A stretch of DNA of 16,669 bases, taken from the IMG/VR virus record IMGVR_UViG_3300029732_000280; one strand, given 5' to 3'. Both the position numbers and the translations under genes were made by a program. Shown here in pieces: positions 1-8,099 of the stretch. The notes beneath the pieces were generated by a model, which made no database searches, was not told the DNA's origin, and saw nothing but the letters and a program-made list of their open reading frames with translations. Source of the stretch: a virus (taxonomy: Duplodnaviria > Heunggongvirae > Uroviricota > Caudoviricetes). Position 1 is the stretch's first letter, and each line of letters opens with the position of its first letter.

Positions 1-595
1 GACGGTACACCAGCGGCTGAATCGACACAGCTCCCAGACCGACCTCGGAGTTGGAGATCATCACGCCAGCCTGGACGATATCGCCCCTGCGGACTTCCAT
101 CTCCAGACGGTGATTGACCACCTTGAGGTACAAACGGTTCTCCGTCACCTCGCAGGACATCACCTCGTACTGATCGTTGCCTGCAAACAGCGGCAGGACA
201 GATGTGGCGATTTCCATGTTGTCGATGCGGCGATAGCGTTCCGACAGCAGCGCACGGGCTACCTGTCCGGCACCATAATCCATCGAGCGGACCATGTAAG
301 AACCGGGCTTGTCCGCAAACCAGCTGTTCACGTTCTCGGCCAGAAGCTCCGGCTTCTGTGCCTGCATGAGATCATAGTATTTTGCCGGGATGCCCAGTGC
401 CGATGCCACCTGACGATGGAACAGCGAGGTCGTACCAAACACCTCCTGCTGGTTGGTCGTAAGATGGTTGATCTCAAAGGTGTGTCCATCTTCCCGGAGA
501 CGCATTCCCTGCGCCGGACTGATGAAGTCCTGCTTTGCCTGATTCTGACGGTTCAACTCGACCAGGACTTCCTGCAAATTTCTACCTGTTTTCAT
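1..595 (-). CDS. DUF932-family phage/plasmid protein (3' end runs off the window)
   Basis: Not in the ORF track. Manual translation from ATG 595 (RBS GAAAGGG upstream) stays open to the window edge: MKTGRNLQEVLVELNRQ...FHRQVASALGIPAKYYDLM...LLAENVNSWF...RALLSERYRRIDN...GDIVQAGVMISNSEVGLGAVSIQPLVYR. These motifs match DUF932-like proteins. Confidence 0.8.
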   Translation of the reverse strand, partial: MKTGRNLQEVLVELNRQNQAKQDFISPAQGMRLREDGHTFEINHLTTNQQEVFGTTSLFHRQVASALGIPAKYYDLMQAQKPELLAENVNSWFADKPGSYMVRSMDYGAGQVARALLSERYRRIDNMEIATSVLPLFAGNDQYEVMSCEVTENRLYLKVVNHRLEMEVRRGDIVQAGVMISNSEVGLGAVSIQPLVYR

Positions 596-694
596 AGTGT
601 TTTCCCTTTCATTTCTGTGGCGCATATTTATACGCCTGTTTATGCGTCTGTGTCCTTATAACAATGACGCCGTGTTATTCTAAGTTCCAAGTGC

Positions 695-1033
695 TTACAG
701 TTCCCGGTTGATCATCTGTTTGATGATCCGGACTGCTCCCTGCATGCGCCTGCGGTTCAGTCGGGTGTCCTGCAGGAGTGTATCCAGCGCATCCACCTCG
801 TCCCGGATGTTACAGAGAACCGACCGCTGATGGTCAGCAAGGCGTTCATTCTCCTGTTCCATGCGGTCGTACTCTTTTTCGTAATCATCGATATCCTCTA
901 CGTTGGTATCGATGTACTCCTCGATCTCCCGGCGGAGTTCCTCGCCGGCATAGTCCTCGACTGCATCCAGCAGATCGCGGATGCCAAAGGGTGTCAGGAG
1001 TTTTCCGTCCTTCATTTTCAATACATGCGGCAT
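695..1033 (-). CDS. Hypothetical acidic/coiled-coil protein (~112 aa)
   Basis: Track ORF 695..1042. ATG 1033 is better spaced from the RBS AAGGGGTG. Co-oriented and directly downstream of the polymerase. Confidence 0.7.
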   Translation of the reverse strand: MPHVLKMKDGKLLTPFGIRDLLDAVEDYAGEELRREIEEYIDTNVEDIDDYEKEYDRMEQENERLADHQRSVLCNIRDEVDALDTLLQDTRLNRRRMQGAVRIIKQMINREL

Positions 1034-1045
1034 CTTGTTCACCCC

Positions 1046-3043
1046 TTAGTCTTTGAAATAGTAGTCACCCTTGTAACCAGCTGCAGCCAACGGCAAGCCC
1101 TTACACCATGCCGGGTTGACCGACATCAGCTTACAAACCTCATCCACTGTGTACTGACCCTTGGGTGCCTCGATGATGACTTCATCGTGAACATGAGCCA
1201 CAATGTTCAACCCCTCTGCTGAGATGCGGTCCATTGCCTCAGCCAGAATGTCACGGGCGATGGCCTGTGTCGCGTTCTCGACCAGCCGGCCGGAGTAGGT
1301 TTCCTGTCTGCTCCACTTGTGGTTCTGCCCCACGCCTTCATAGGTCAGGCTCATACGACCGAAGCGGTTCGGCTGCTGTCTCGGCTTCAGATAGGCGAGC
1401 CTCCTGCCGGACGGAAGCACCATCCAGAGGGTACCGGAATAGAACTCAAATGCGATCTTTCCGACCTCCTGCCGCTCCCCGGTCTTGTAAGCAGCCATCG
1501 CTGCCTTTTCGGTAGCCCACCAGTACTGCACGATCTTCGGATTGGCTTCCCGCCACGAATCAATGATCTCCGGCAGTTCTTCTTCGTGCAGTCCCATTTG
1601 CAATGCGCCCATACTGATGAGTGCGCCGGAGGAGCCGCCATAGCCACAAGCCAGAGTCGCAATTTTCCCTTTCTGACGCAGGTCACCGTTGATGCCATGC
1701 TTGACGACAGGCACATGGAACATCTGGGAAGCAGTGGCACAGTAGAGATCCTCGCCGTTCTGGAACGCATCCAGCACCCACTGTTCCTCCGCCTCCCACG
1801 CAAGCACACGGGCTTCAATAGCAGAAAAGTCTGCCACGATGAACTCGCATCCATCTTTCGGGATCAGCATGGTGCGGATCAGCTGGGACAGGACATCCGG
1901 TGTATTGCCGTAGATGCTCTCCAGCATGTCAAAGCAGCCCATTTTCACCAGCTCTCGCGCCTGATCCAGTGTGGAAATATGGTTCTGCGGCAGATTCTGC
2001 AACTGAATATTCCGGCCGGCGTACCGTCCGGTGCGGCTGGCACCATAGAACTGAAACAGTCCCCTTGCCCTGCCATCCGAACAGACACAGCGTTCCGCCG
2101 CCTGGTATTTCTTCACAGAGCTTTTCGCCATCTGGAGTCGGAGCTTCAGCATATCCAGTGCTTCCGCATCCACACCGTTTTTATCCAGCTCGGTAATCAT
2201 CTGGGCGACATCTTTTTTGCCCAGCGTGTCCATCGGGATGCCGCGCTCCTCCAGCCATGTCTTCAGCTGGGATACGGAATTCGGATTTTCCAGCCCGGTC
2301 AGCTTGTAGGCTTTTTTGCTCATGGCATCGGAGAGCATCAGGTCACAGGTGATTGCTTCCTGTACCAGTTCCGTGTCGATCCGCACGCCACGGTCATTGA
2401 TGCGCTCATTGGTGCAGTAGTGCTGCCATTCCAGTTCCGTCATTGGGAACTTCTTCAGTCTCTTGTAGATGTCCACCTCGGTATTGACATCCTGAATGCA
2501 GTAATACTTGAACTTTGCCCAGTCCGCCGGGTAATGCTCCGGGAGATTCCGGGTACGCATCCCGTTGGATTTCGTCGGCTTGCACGGTACAGAAAACAGC
2601 TTGATGAGCCTCTCACCTTCTTTGTCTTTCTGCTGGCTGGTCTTCAGCACCGTGCCGACATCTTTCAGTGCCAGCGGCAAGGTCAGCGATGCCGCCATGA
2701 CCATCGTGCAGATCCAGCTATCCGGTGAGAGGAACTCTCCTGGTTTCAGATACTGTCCGGGACAGTGCCGGTTCAGATGCACGGAGAAGCAGACACGCTC
2801 AAAGGCAGCATTGTGTGCGATCAGCCGCACACTTCCGGACTGAAATGCCTCCAGCAGTTCCATTGGAATGGTTTCTCCTGATGCAAGGTCAGCGCACTTG
2901 GTTTCACCAAATCCACTGCCCTCATCGCTTGCCCAGGCAATCAGCAGAATCTCGAAGCTGGGGTCCGTAGCATAGCGGTACAGACCACACTTGCCGATGT
3001 CCACCTCACTGTAAGTCTCAATATCGACCAATATTTCTTTCAA
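1046..3043 (-). CDS. Phage-type family A DNA polymerase with 3'-5' exonuclease and no 5'-3' exonuclease domain
   Basis: ExoI DIET, ExoII HNAAFE, ExoIII YCIQD; SRTGRY; motif A DFSAIEAR; motif B RQKGKIATLACGYG; motif C VHDE. Probable TTG start at 3043 after GAAGGGGTG (track start 3052). Confidence 0.93.
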   Translation of the reverse strand: MKEILVDIETYSEVDIGKCGLYRYATDPSFEILLIAWASDEGSGFGETKCADLASGETIPMELLEAFQSGSVRLIAHNAAFERVCFSVHLNRHCPGQYLKPGEFLSPDSWICTMVMAASLTLPLALKDVGTVLKTSQQKDKEGERLIKLFSVPCKPTKSNGMRTRNLPEHYPADWAKFKYYCIQDVNTEVDIYKRLKKFPMTELEWQHYCTNERINDRGVRIDTELVQEAITCDLMLSDAMSKKAYKLTGLENPNSVSQLKTWLEERGIPMDTLGKKDVAQMITELDKNGVDAEALDMLKLRLQMAKSSVKKYQAAERCVCSDGRARGLFQFYGASRTGRYAGRNIQLQNLPQNHISTLDQARELVKMGCFDMLESIYGNTPDVLSQLIRTMLIPKDGCEFIVADFSAIEARVLAWEAEEQWVLDAFQNGEDLYCATASQMFHVPVVKHGINGDLRQKGKIATLACGYGGSSGALISMGALQMGLHEEELPEIIDSWREANPKIVQYWWATEKAAMAAYKTGERQEVGKIAFEFYSGTLWMVLPSGRRLAYLKPRQQPNRFGRMSLTYEGVGQNHKWSRQETYSGRLVENATQAIARDILAEAMDRISAEGLNIVAHVHDEVIIEAPKGQYTVDEVCKLMSVNPAWCKGLPLAAAGYKGDYYFKD

Positions 3044-3096
3044 AAATCTCACCCCTTCGTTTGAATCAATCCGTCATGTGAATCAATTTTTCATGT

Positions 3097-3129
3097 AAAA
3101 ACCGGGAGATGTTCTGACACATCCCCCGG
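3097..3129 (-). terminator. Intrinsic terminator-like hairpin between DUF2815 and the polymerase
   Basis: Minus strand CCGGGGGATGT-GTCAGA-ACATCTCCCGG followed by TTTTT; the G-U pair favours the minus strand. Confidence 0.6.
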
Positions 3130-3163
3130 CCTGCTTACTTAGCTGTGTACAAATTGTCCGTGC

Positions 3164-3751
3164 TTAACGCAGGTAATCCGGCAGTTCCTCACCGGCGTCT
3201 CCGCCCAGAACATCCTCATCATCTTCCAGCGCATCAAAGTCAGCGTCTGCAGACGCACGTCCGGACAAACGGTCACCGTCCTTGACGAACTGGATATTGC
3301 CCAGACCTACCGCTACGCCACGGTTACCGTTGGCATTGAACGGGTAGAAATTGACGCTGACATTGCAGAAGCAGCCGGAGTAGACCATCATCGAGTCAAC
3401 CACAGGCTGGACGTGACGGTCAACGACCTGCGGTGCATCCTTACTGGTGGCGTTCAGGAAGAAATGCTCCTGGTAGTTCTCATCATCCGGACGGTCGATA
3501 TCACCATCACGCAGCGGAAGTTTCAAGTTCGGCGGGAGCTTGCCACCCCACTTGCGTACCTTGCCATCTTCCTTCGCTGCTTCGACCGCCTTGTGGATCG
3601 CCAGCAGGGTCTTCTTATCACCCTTCGGGATCAGACAGGAAACGGAATACTTCGCCTCACTGCCATTGATGCTCTTCGGCTCGAAGATGTTGGCGAAAGA
3701 GATGCGGCACGGGATAACGAGCTTCGTTGCACTGGTAATTTTCTTAGCCAT
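3164..3751 (-). CDS. DUF2815-family protein (phage ssDNA-binding protein, T7 gp2.5-like)
   Basis: RISFANIFEPKSING..KYSVSCLIPK, LPLRDGD, YSGCF, NGNRGVAVGLGNIQFVKDGDRLSG, and an acidic C-terminal tail. Sits in the usual DUF2800-DUF2815-PolA order. Confidence 0.88.
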   Translation of the reverse strand: MAKKITSATKLVIPCRISFANIFEPKSINGSEAKYSVSCLIPKGDKKTLLAIHKAVEAAKEDGKVRKWGGKLPPNLKLPLRDGDIDRPDDENYQEHFFLNATSKDAPQVVDRHVQPVVDSMMVYSGCFCNVSVNFYPFNANGNRGVAVGLGNIQFVKDGDRLSGRASADADFDALEDDEDVLGGDAGEELPDYLR

Positions 3752-3840
3752 AATAAAAATCCTCCAAATTCTTTTGTGATGCCGCGCCTCTCATCTGACT
3801 GCGGCATCCTGTTGTGTAATGCGGTTTTCTATGTCCAGCC

Positions 3841-5064
3841 TCAGTCAAGGGGCGTGAACTCATCCTCGGCAGTCTCCAGATTGACTGCCTCTCTTGGGTC
3901 GGAATCAGGTACAAGAGCCAGCTTACCTGGCGGCTTGACCACATACTCTCCCAGAATCTCCTTGAACTTTTTCTTCCCCATGAGCTTTTCAAACTCAGTA
4001 AGGGAGATCAGCTCGGTCTTATAGATGTCGGTGTATCCGGCTTTTTCTGCTGCGGCCACCACTGACTTCGTGTCAAGGAACTGCCGCTTGCTCCTGCCCT
4101 CGACCACCTTATAGCCATCCCACGCAACTCCGTGATTGATGGCTTCGGAACTGACATAGGCAAAAATCGCTTCAATCCAGGACTCGATACGGTTCAAGGT
4201 CGGAAGCATCTTTTCGATGTCCGTCTTGGAAAGGAGTGCCGGGGACTTGAAGGTCGGTGCGGAGGTATCCGGATTGTAAGCTGCTGTGGCATCGGTCTCC
4301 TCCGCCTCACCGATAAGAACACCGTCATCCAGATCCAGAAATTCTTCCTTCACCAGTGCCAGAGCTTCCTCGGCACAGGCTTTGCAGGAAGTCCTCGCCC
4401 TGCAGAACCGGCACCAGTCACCGGGAACCTGCTCGCCTTTTCCTTCAAAGGCCAGCTTTGCCCTCGGTCTGACATAGGTCTCTGCCCAGTCCAGCAGTTC
4501 CTCCACACTGCATTCAAACGTTGAGATATTTTCCAGTCTCGGCTGGATAATGGTCATGGACACCTTTTTGATGCTGTACAGATATCCGTAGGCGTGGTAA
4601 GCACCCAGGGCGTACAGCATCATCTGCGGATTATGGTCACAGTTTACGAACACGCCCTTGCCGTTCTTGTAGTCCATGACATACAGTGTCCCATCTGCGA
4701 TGATCACGCAGTCGCCGGTACCAAAGCCAGATGGAACCAGGTAGCTGTAATCCAGCCGTTCCTCCACCATGACCAGCGGATGCGGACAGGTCTCCTTGAT
4801 GCGCTCCACCGTGGAAATGATGAACTCCGCATAGATATCGGTGTTCGCTTCCATCTCCTCATCCTCGTACTCGGAGGTTGGGCGCTTCACCCGTTCATGC
4901 AGATATTTCCGCAGCTTGAACTCGCCCAGCGCATGGGCGACAGTTCCCTCCTCGGCATACACCGAGGATTCATTTGGAAAGTTCTGCTCCAGCCTTGCAG
5001 ATGGCGTACAGTTCAGCCACCTCTTCGAGCTGGAAGCAGAAAGGATTGCATGTACTTCCGGCAT
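3841..5064 (-). CDS. DUF2800-family Cas4-like PD-(D/E)xK nuclease
   Basis: HAILSASSSKRWLNC, EGTVAH, GTGDC, DYKNG, QMMLYALG and WCRFCRARTSC (1+3 Cys Fe-S staple); C-terminal KVVEGRS and GKLALVP. Confidence 0.88.
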   Translation of the reverse strand: MPEVHAILSASSSKRWLNCTPSARLEQNFPNESSVYAEEGTVAHALGEFKLRKYLHERVKRPTSEYEDEEMEANTDIYAEFIISTVERIKETCPHPLVMVEERLDYSYLVPSGFGTGDCVIIADGTLYVMDYKNGKGVFVNCDHNPQMMLYALGAYHAYGYLYSIKKVSMTIIQPRLENISTFECSVEELLDWAETYVRPRAKLAFEGKGEQVPGDWCRFCRARTSCKACAEEALALVKEEFLDLDDGVLIGEAEETDATAAYNPDTSAPTFKSPALLSKTDIEKMLPTLNRIESWIEAIFAYVSSEAINHGVAWDGYKVVEGRSKRQFLDTKSVVAAAEKAGYTDIYKTELISLTEFEKLMGKKKFKEILGEYVVKPPGKLALVPDSDPREAVNLETAEDEFTPLD

Positions 5065-5075
5065 GATGACCTCCC

Positions 5076-5768
5076 TTAAATCTGGGAGACATCTGCCAGA
5101 AATGCTTCGTACTTCTCTGCAGGCAGATCAGACAGCTGGGCCACACCGTAGGTCTTCAGAAGCTGACCGATCTTCTCGTTGTTGTCGCGCTTCTTTTTGA
5201 TCTTCGCCACAATGACCGCTGTGATATCATCCTTGGTGATCGTCACCGCAGACGGTGTCTTAACGGCAGCAGGCGTTTCCTGCTTACATGGCTGAGCCTT
5301 ATCCGACTGTTTGGTCTTATCAGGCGGCTCGTCCTTCCGGCAGGTCTCTTTCACCTGCCCAGTATCCTCGCCCCACGGAAGATCATCGGCATCATCTGCC
5401 GGAAAGTTTTCTTCTTCCTCTGCTTCCCCGGCACTGTTCTCGGCATCCGGCCGTGTGTCTGCAGTGGCATCGCTGTTGCTGTCAGTGAAAGGTTCCTCCA
5501 GCTTGTCCGAAGCCTCCTCGACCTTTCGGGTCTTCTTGATCGGCTTCTTGCGTGGATGCGATGCTGCTGCACCTTTCTTCTCAGACACGGCAGGAGCTTT
5601 CTGATCCACGATCGGGAAGATACGCTTATCCTCCGAGGCAGCATCTGCACCCAGAAGTTCAAGCTGATCAGACACGCCTTCAAACATCTGGGCGAGTCCT
5701 TCAAAAACCTCGGTCAGCCCGTCCACGACCTTCTTTGGAGCATTCAAAACATTCATCTCATCCATCAT
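5076..5768 (-). CDS. Hypothetical phage protein with a long acidic/low-complexity linker and a conserved C-terminal helical domain
   Basis: C-terminus IGQLLKTYGVAQLSDLPAEKYEAFL resembles the small protein that usually precedes DUF2800. ATGA overlap with the upstream gene. Confidence 0.75.
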   Translation of the reverse strand: MMDEMNVLNAPKKVVDGLTEVFEGLAQMFEGVSDQLELLGADAASEDKRIFPIVDQKAPAVSEKKGAAASHPRKKPIKKTRKVEEASDKLEEPFTDSNSDATADTRPDAENSAGEAEEEENFPADDADDLPWGEDTGQVKETCRKDEPPDKTKQSDKAQPCKQETPAAVKTPSAVTITKDDITAVIVAKIKKKRDNNEKIGQLLKTYGVAQLSDLPAEKYEAFLADVSQI

Positions 5769-6229
5769 GCCTTGTCCACCTCATCCATGTTCTCACCCCA
5801 AATGGAATCAAGGTACTCCTCCTGAGCGGCCAGCACTGCCAGAATGACCTTCTCGCACAGACCGGTCCTTGCCTTGATGAGACCGATCATCGCATCCACA
5901 TCAATGTCCTCCGGCTCGTCCTCATCAGGCTCATCCGTTTCATCGGAATCACCCTCGAAGTTGTTGTAGGAAGTCATGCGTTCATCCATGTGGATATGCA
6001 GGTTGTCGATGTGGATGTTGATCGGCACGGTCTTGACCTGTCCGCCCTGCGGCACCGCTTCTGACTTCTCAGTTTCCGGCTGAACCGCCTCCTGCGCATC
6101 TTCCGCAGCCTTAACATTCTCCTGCAGCTTGTCCACTACATCCTTGATAGGAATGCGGACAGCCTTGCCTTCCTTGAGCATTTCCATGATGATCTCCTCC
6201 AGAGTTCCGTTCTTCTTTTCGTTAGCCAT
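5765..6229 (-). CDS. Hypothetical acidic protein (154 aa)
   Basis: ATG 6229 with RBS GAGG overlaps the end of the upstream gene; the longer track start (6301) is unlikely. Confidence 0.7.
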   Translation of the reverse strand: MANEKKNGTLEEIIMEMLKEGKAVRIPIKDVVDKLQENVKAAEDAQEAVQPETEKSEAVPQGGQVKTVPINIHIDNLHIHMDERMTSYNNFEGDSDETDEPDEDEPEDIDVDAMIGLIKARTGLCEKVILAVLAAQEEYLDSIWGENMDEVDKA

Positions 6230-6821
6230 TGTTTTCCTCACTTTCTGCAGCTTCCTGCTGCCCATTGCTGTTTTCAGCTTTCCTATCATCCAGCGGAACA
6301 TGGTACTGTTCCGAGATGCTCTTTAAGAGCAGTTCGACCACTCGCCCCGGCTCCGGCAGATTGCGTACCGGCTTGTTCAGCTCATGCGCTTTCTCGATCT
6401 CTGCCGCCATCCCCTCGGATATCGTGTTACCGAACACCCAGAGTTCGTCCGCATCCTCAAGCCAGCGCATTCCCAGCTTCATGCCGGTGTTACGCTCCTG
6501 TGCATTCTCATCCTTTAAGAACTGGGTGAAGTACAGGTGCGGTGCCAGCGGTAGAAAACCCAGTGTGGTGAGAATCCTGCAGGCAGTCTTGGCGCGGTTG
6601 ATATTCGCCATCAGCTCATCTTTCCTGCATTCCTCTGTTTTCGAGGTCGGTCGGTATGGCGAGCAGACAAAAATTTTCTTCGGCGCCGTTGCAGCCGCTT
6701 TGTTTACTGTATCCGCACCCACAGCTGCAGCATCCGGTTCGATGACCGGATCTCCCCCGCCGGGTGGACGCTCGATGGGATCGGGGGTCTGCTGGATGAC
6801 CTTGTCGCTTACTGCTTTCAT
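6222..6821 (-). CDS. DUF4406-like / nucleoside-deoxyribosyltransferase-fold phage protein
   Basis: IFVCSPY, PLAPHLYFTQFL, ADELWVFGNTISEGMAAEIEKA. Strong RBS AAGGAGGT. Confidence 0.75.
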   Translation of the reverse strand: MKAVSDKVIQQTPDPIERPPGGGDPVIEPDAAAVGADTVNKAAATAPKKIFVCSPYRPTSKTEECRKDELMANINRAKTACRILTTLGFLPLAPHLYFTQFLKDENAQERNTGMKLGMRWLEDADELWVFGNTISEGMAAEIEKAHELNKPVRNLPEPGRVVELLLKSISEQYHVPLDDRKAENSNGQQEAAESEENNG

Positions 6822-6904
6822 AGGTTCTTACCTCCTTGATGTATTGAGGATTTTGTATCCTTACATAAAGCACACCGTTTGGAGCTGTTTGGGAGGTACT
6901 TTTC

Positions 6905-7660
6905 TTAAAAGTTTTTTCTGATTTTTTTCAGAGCACCTTCCAGGCAGTTTCCAACAGAACGGCGACCGATTCCAATTTCCTCTGCGATCTCCTGCTGGGT
7001 CATACCTTTATAGAAGTAGAGCTGGACCACTTCCATCTGACGCTCGGTCAGCTTGTTCATGGCAGTATACAGACGGCGAAGTTCCCTGTCTGCCAGCATC
7101 TCGGCATTGTCTTCATCCAAAAAATCCACCATAATAGAAGCGGACCAGTCAGAGCCATCGCACTCCAGCGGCACCTGCTCAAACTTTGCAGCAGTCTTAC
7201 TGAGGTTGTGTTCCATACGCTTCTCCCCTTCCATCAGAAGGCGCAGGCTCCACTCGGCATCCTCGAAGGTCTCTGCCGGCACGATCTGGTGTGTGCCATC
7301 GGTGAAATCGTAGCGGTAATCTCCGCAGCGATCCACGACCATGACAGTGTGGGCACTGTCCACCTCGTAAACTGCATAGCCGTTTTCATAGGCCGTCAGC
7401 TTTGCACCGTTCACGCTCGTGCGGGCTACTGCCACCGGGTTCATCTCCATGAGGGTCTTGAAAGTCGGGAGCTTCTTCTCCACCACAGTGTCGATCATTC
7501 CTTTCAGCTCACGCAGGGTGATGTGTGCATTCAGAGCCACCTGCTCTGCAGCCTGTGCCGCGCTTGCTGCCATCTGGCTGACTGCCACCTGCGGCTGGCG
7601 AACCTCCATCACACCTACTCCACCGTTGATTGCTACTGCTCCAGTCATCATGTTCATCAT
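6905..7660 (-). CDS. Sigma-70 region 4 domain protein (sigma-like activator)
   Basis: C-terminal LTERQMEVVQLYFYKGMTQQEIAEEIGIGRRSVGNCLEGALKKIR. ATG 7660 follows RBS GAAAGGA. Confidence 0.82.
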   Translation of the reverse strand: MMNMMTGAVAINGGVGVMEVRQPQVAVSQMAASAAQAAEQVALNAHITLRELKGMIDTVVEKKLPTFKTLMEMNPVAVARTSVNGAKLTAYENGYAVYEVDSAHTVMVVDRCGDYRYDFTDGTHQIVPAETFEDAEWSLRLLMEGEKRMEHNLSKTAAKFEQVPLECDGSDWSASIMVDFLDEDNAEMLADRELRRLYTAMNKLTERQMEVVQLYFYKGMTQQEIAEEIGIGRRSVGNCLEGALKKIRKNF

Positions 7661-7994
7661 TGTTTTGTCCTTTCCCCCGGACTTCTGGGAGGGAAGGATA
7701 CTGAAGGCTCTGGCTTTGAAGAACATACATGGCAGATTCGCGGCATCCTCATGAAACGGACAGACTCTGCGGTCAAAAGGCGCAAAAAGCCCGGTTCTAA
7801 AGAAGGTTAGAATGATCCCATGTTCAGTCCTCCAGCTCCAGCAAATAACTCTGCTGTGCTGTCAGATTGCTTATGGTATCCTTCGCCTGCTCTAGAATCG
7901 GGCTTCGATATTTTTTATTTGTCCGAGGTACTGCCGACAGGAACTTTCGTATTGGCTCTGTGGGCTTGTCCCTTGAACTGTTTATAGTCTACCA
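7661..7994 (-). promoter_or_regulatory. Putative promoter and structured 5' leader (attenuator) of the sigma-like gene
   Basis: Extended -10 TGGTAGACT (7994-7986). Long stem 7905-7893/7799-7787 followed by U residues. SD-sequestering stem 7698-7688/7678-7668. Confidence 0.5.
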
Positions 7995-8024
7995 GTTGGA
8001 AAGGCTCTTGCAGATGGCAGATAA

Positions 8025-8052
8025 GCCACACTTCTGTGGCGAATTCGCCACA
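8025..8052. promoter_or_regulatory. Palindromic operator candidate
   Basis: Perfect 18-bp palindrome TGTGGCGAATTCGCCACA (8035-8052) plus a third half-site GCCACA (8025-8030). Confidence 0.6.
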
Positions 8053-8099
8053 TTTTCATATCGACTCTGTGAAAGCCCTATATCAGCAGTAAAAAAGGC

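Noticed and set aside
613..622. 10-mer TTCTGTGGCG shared with 8032-8041
   Set aside because: Matches of this length are expected by chance in a 16.7-kb window, and this copy is not palindromic.
3841..5064. Cas4 as evidence of a CRISPR-Cas system
   Set aside because: There is no array or other cas gene, and the context is the standard DUF2800-DUF2815-PolA module.
5076..5768. 'rRNA biogenesis protein Rrp5'-type label often given to similar proteins
   Set aside because: No S1 domains are visible; the label would be a propagated misannotation.
110..7810. Many long plus-strand ORFs (e.g. 110..661, 1319..2728, 3413..4024, 6229..6921, 7208..7810)
   Set aside because: They are antisense shadows of well-supported minus-strand genes in GC-rich DNA, with no recognisable motifs.
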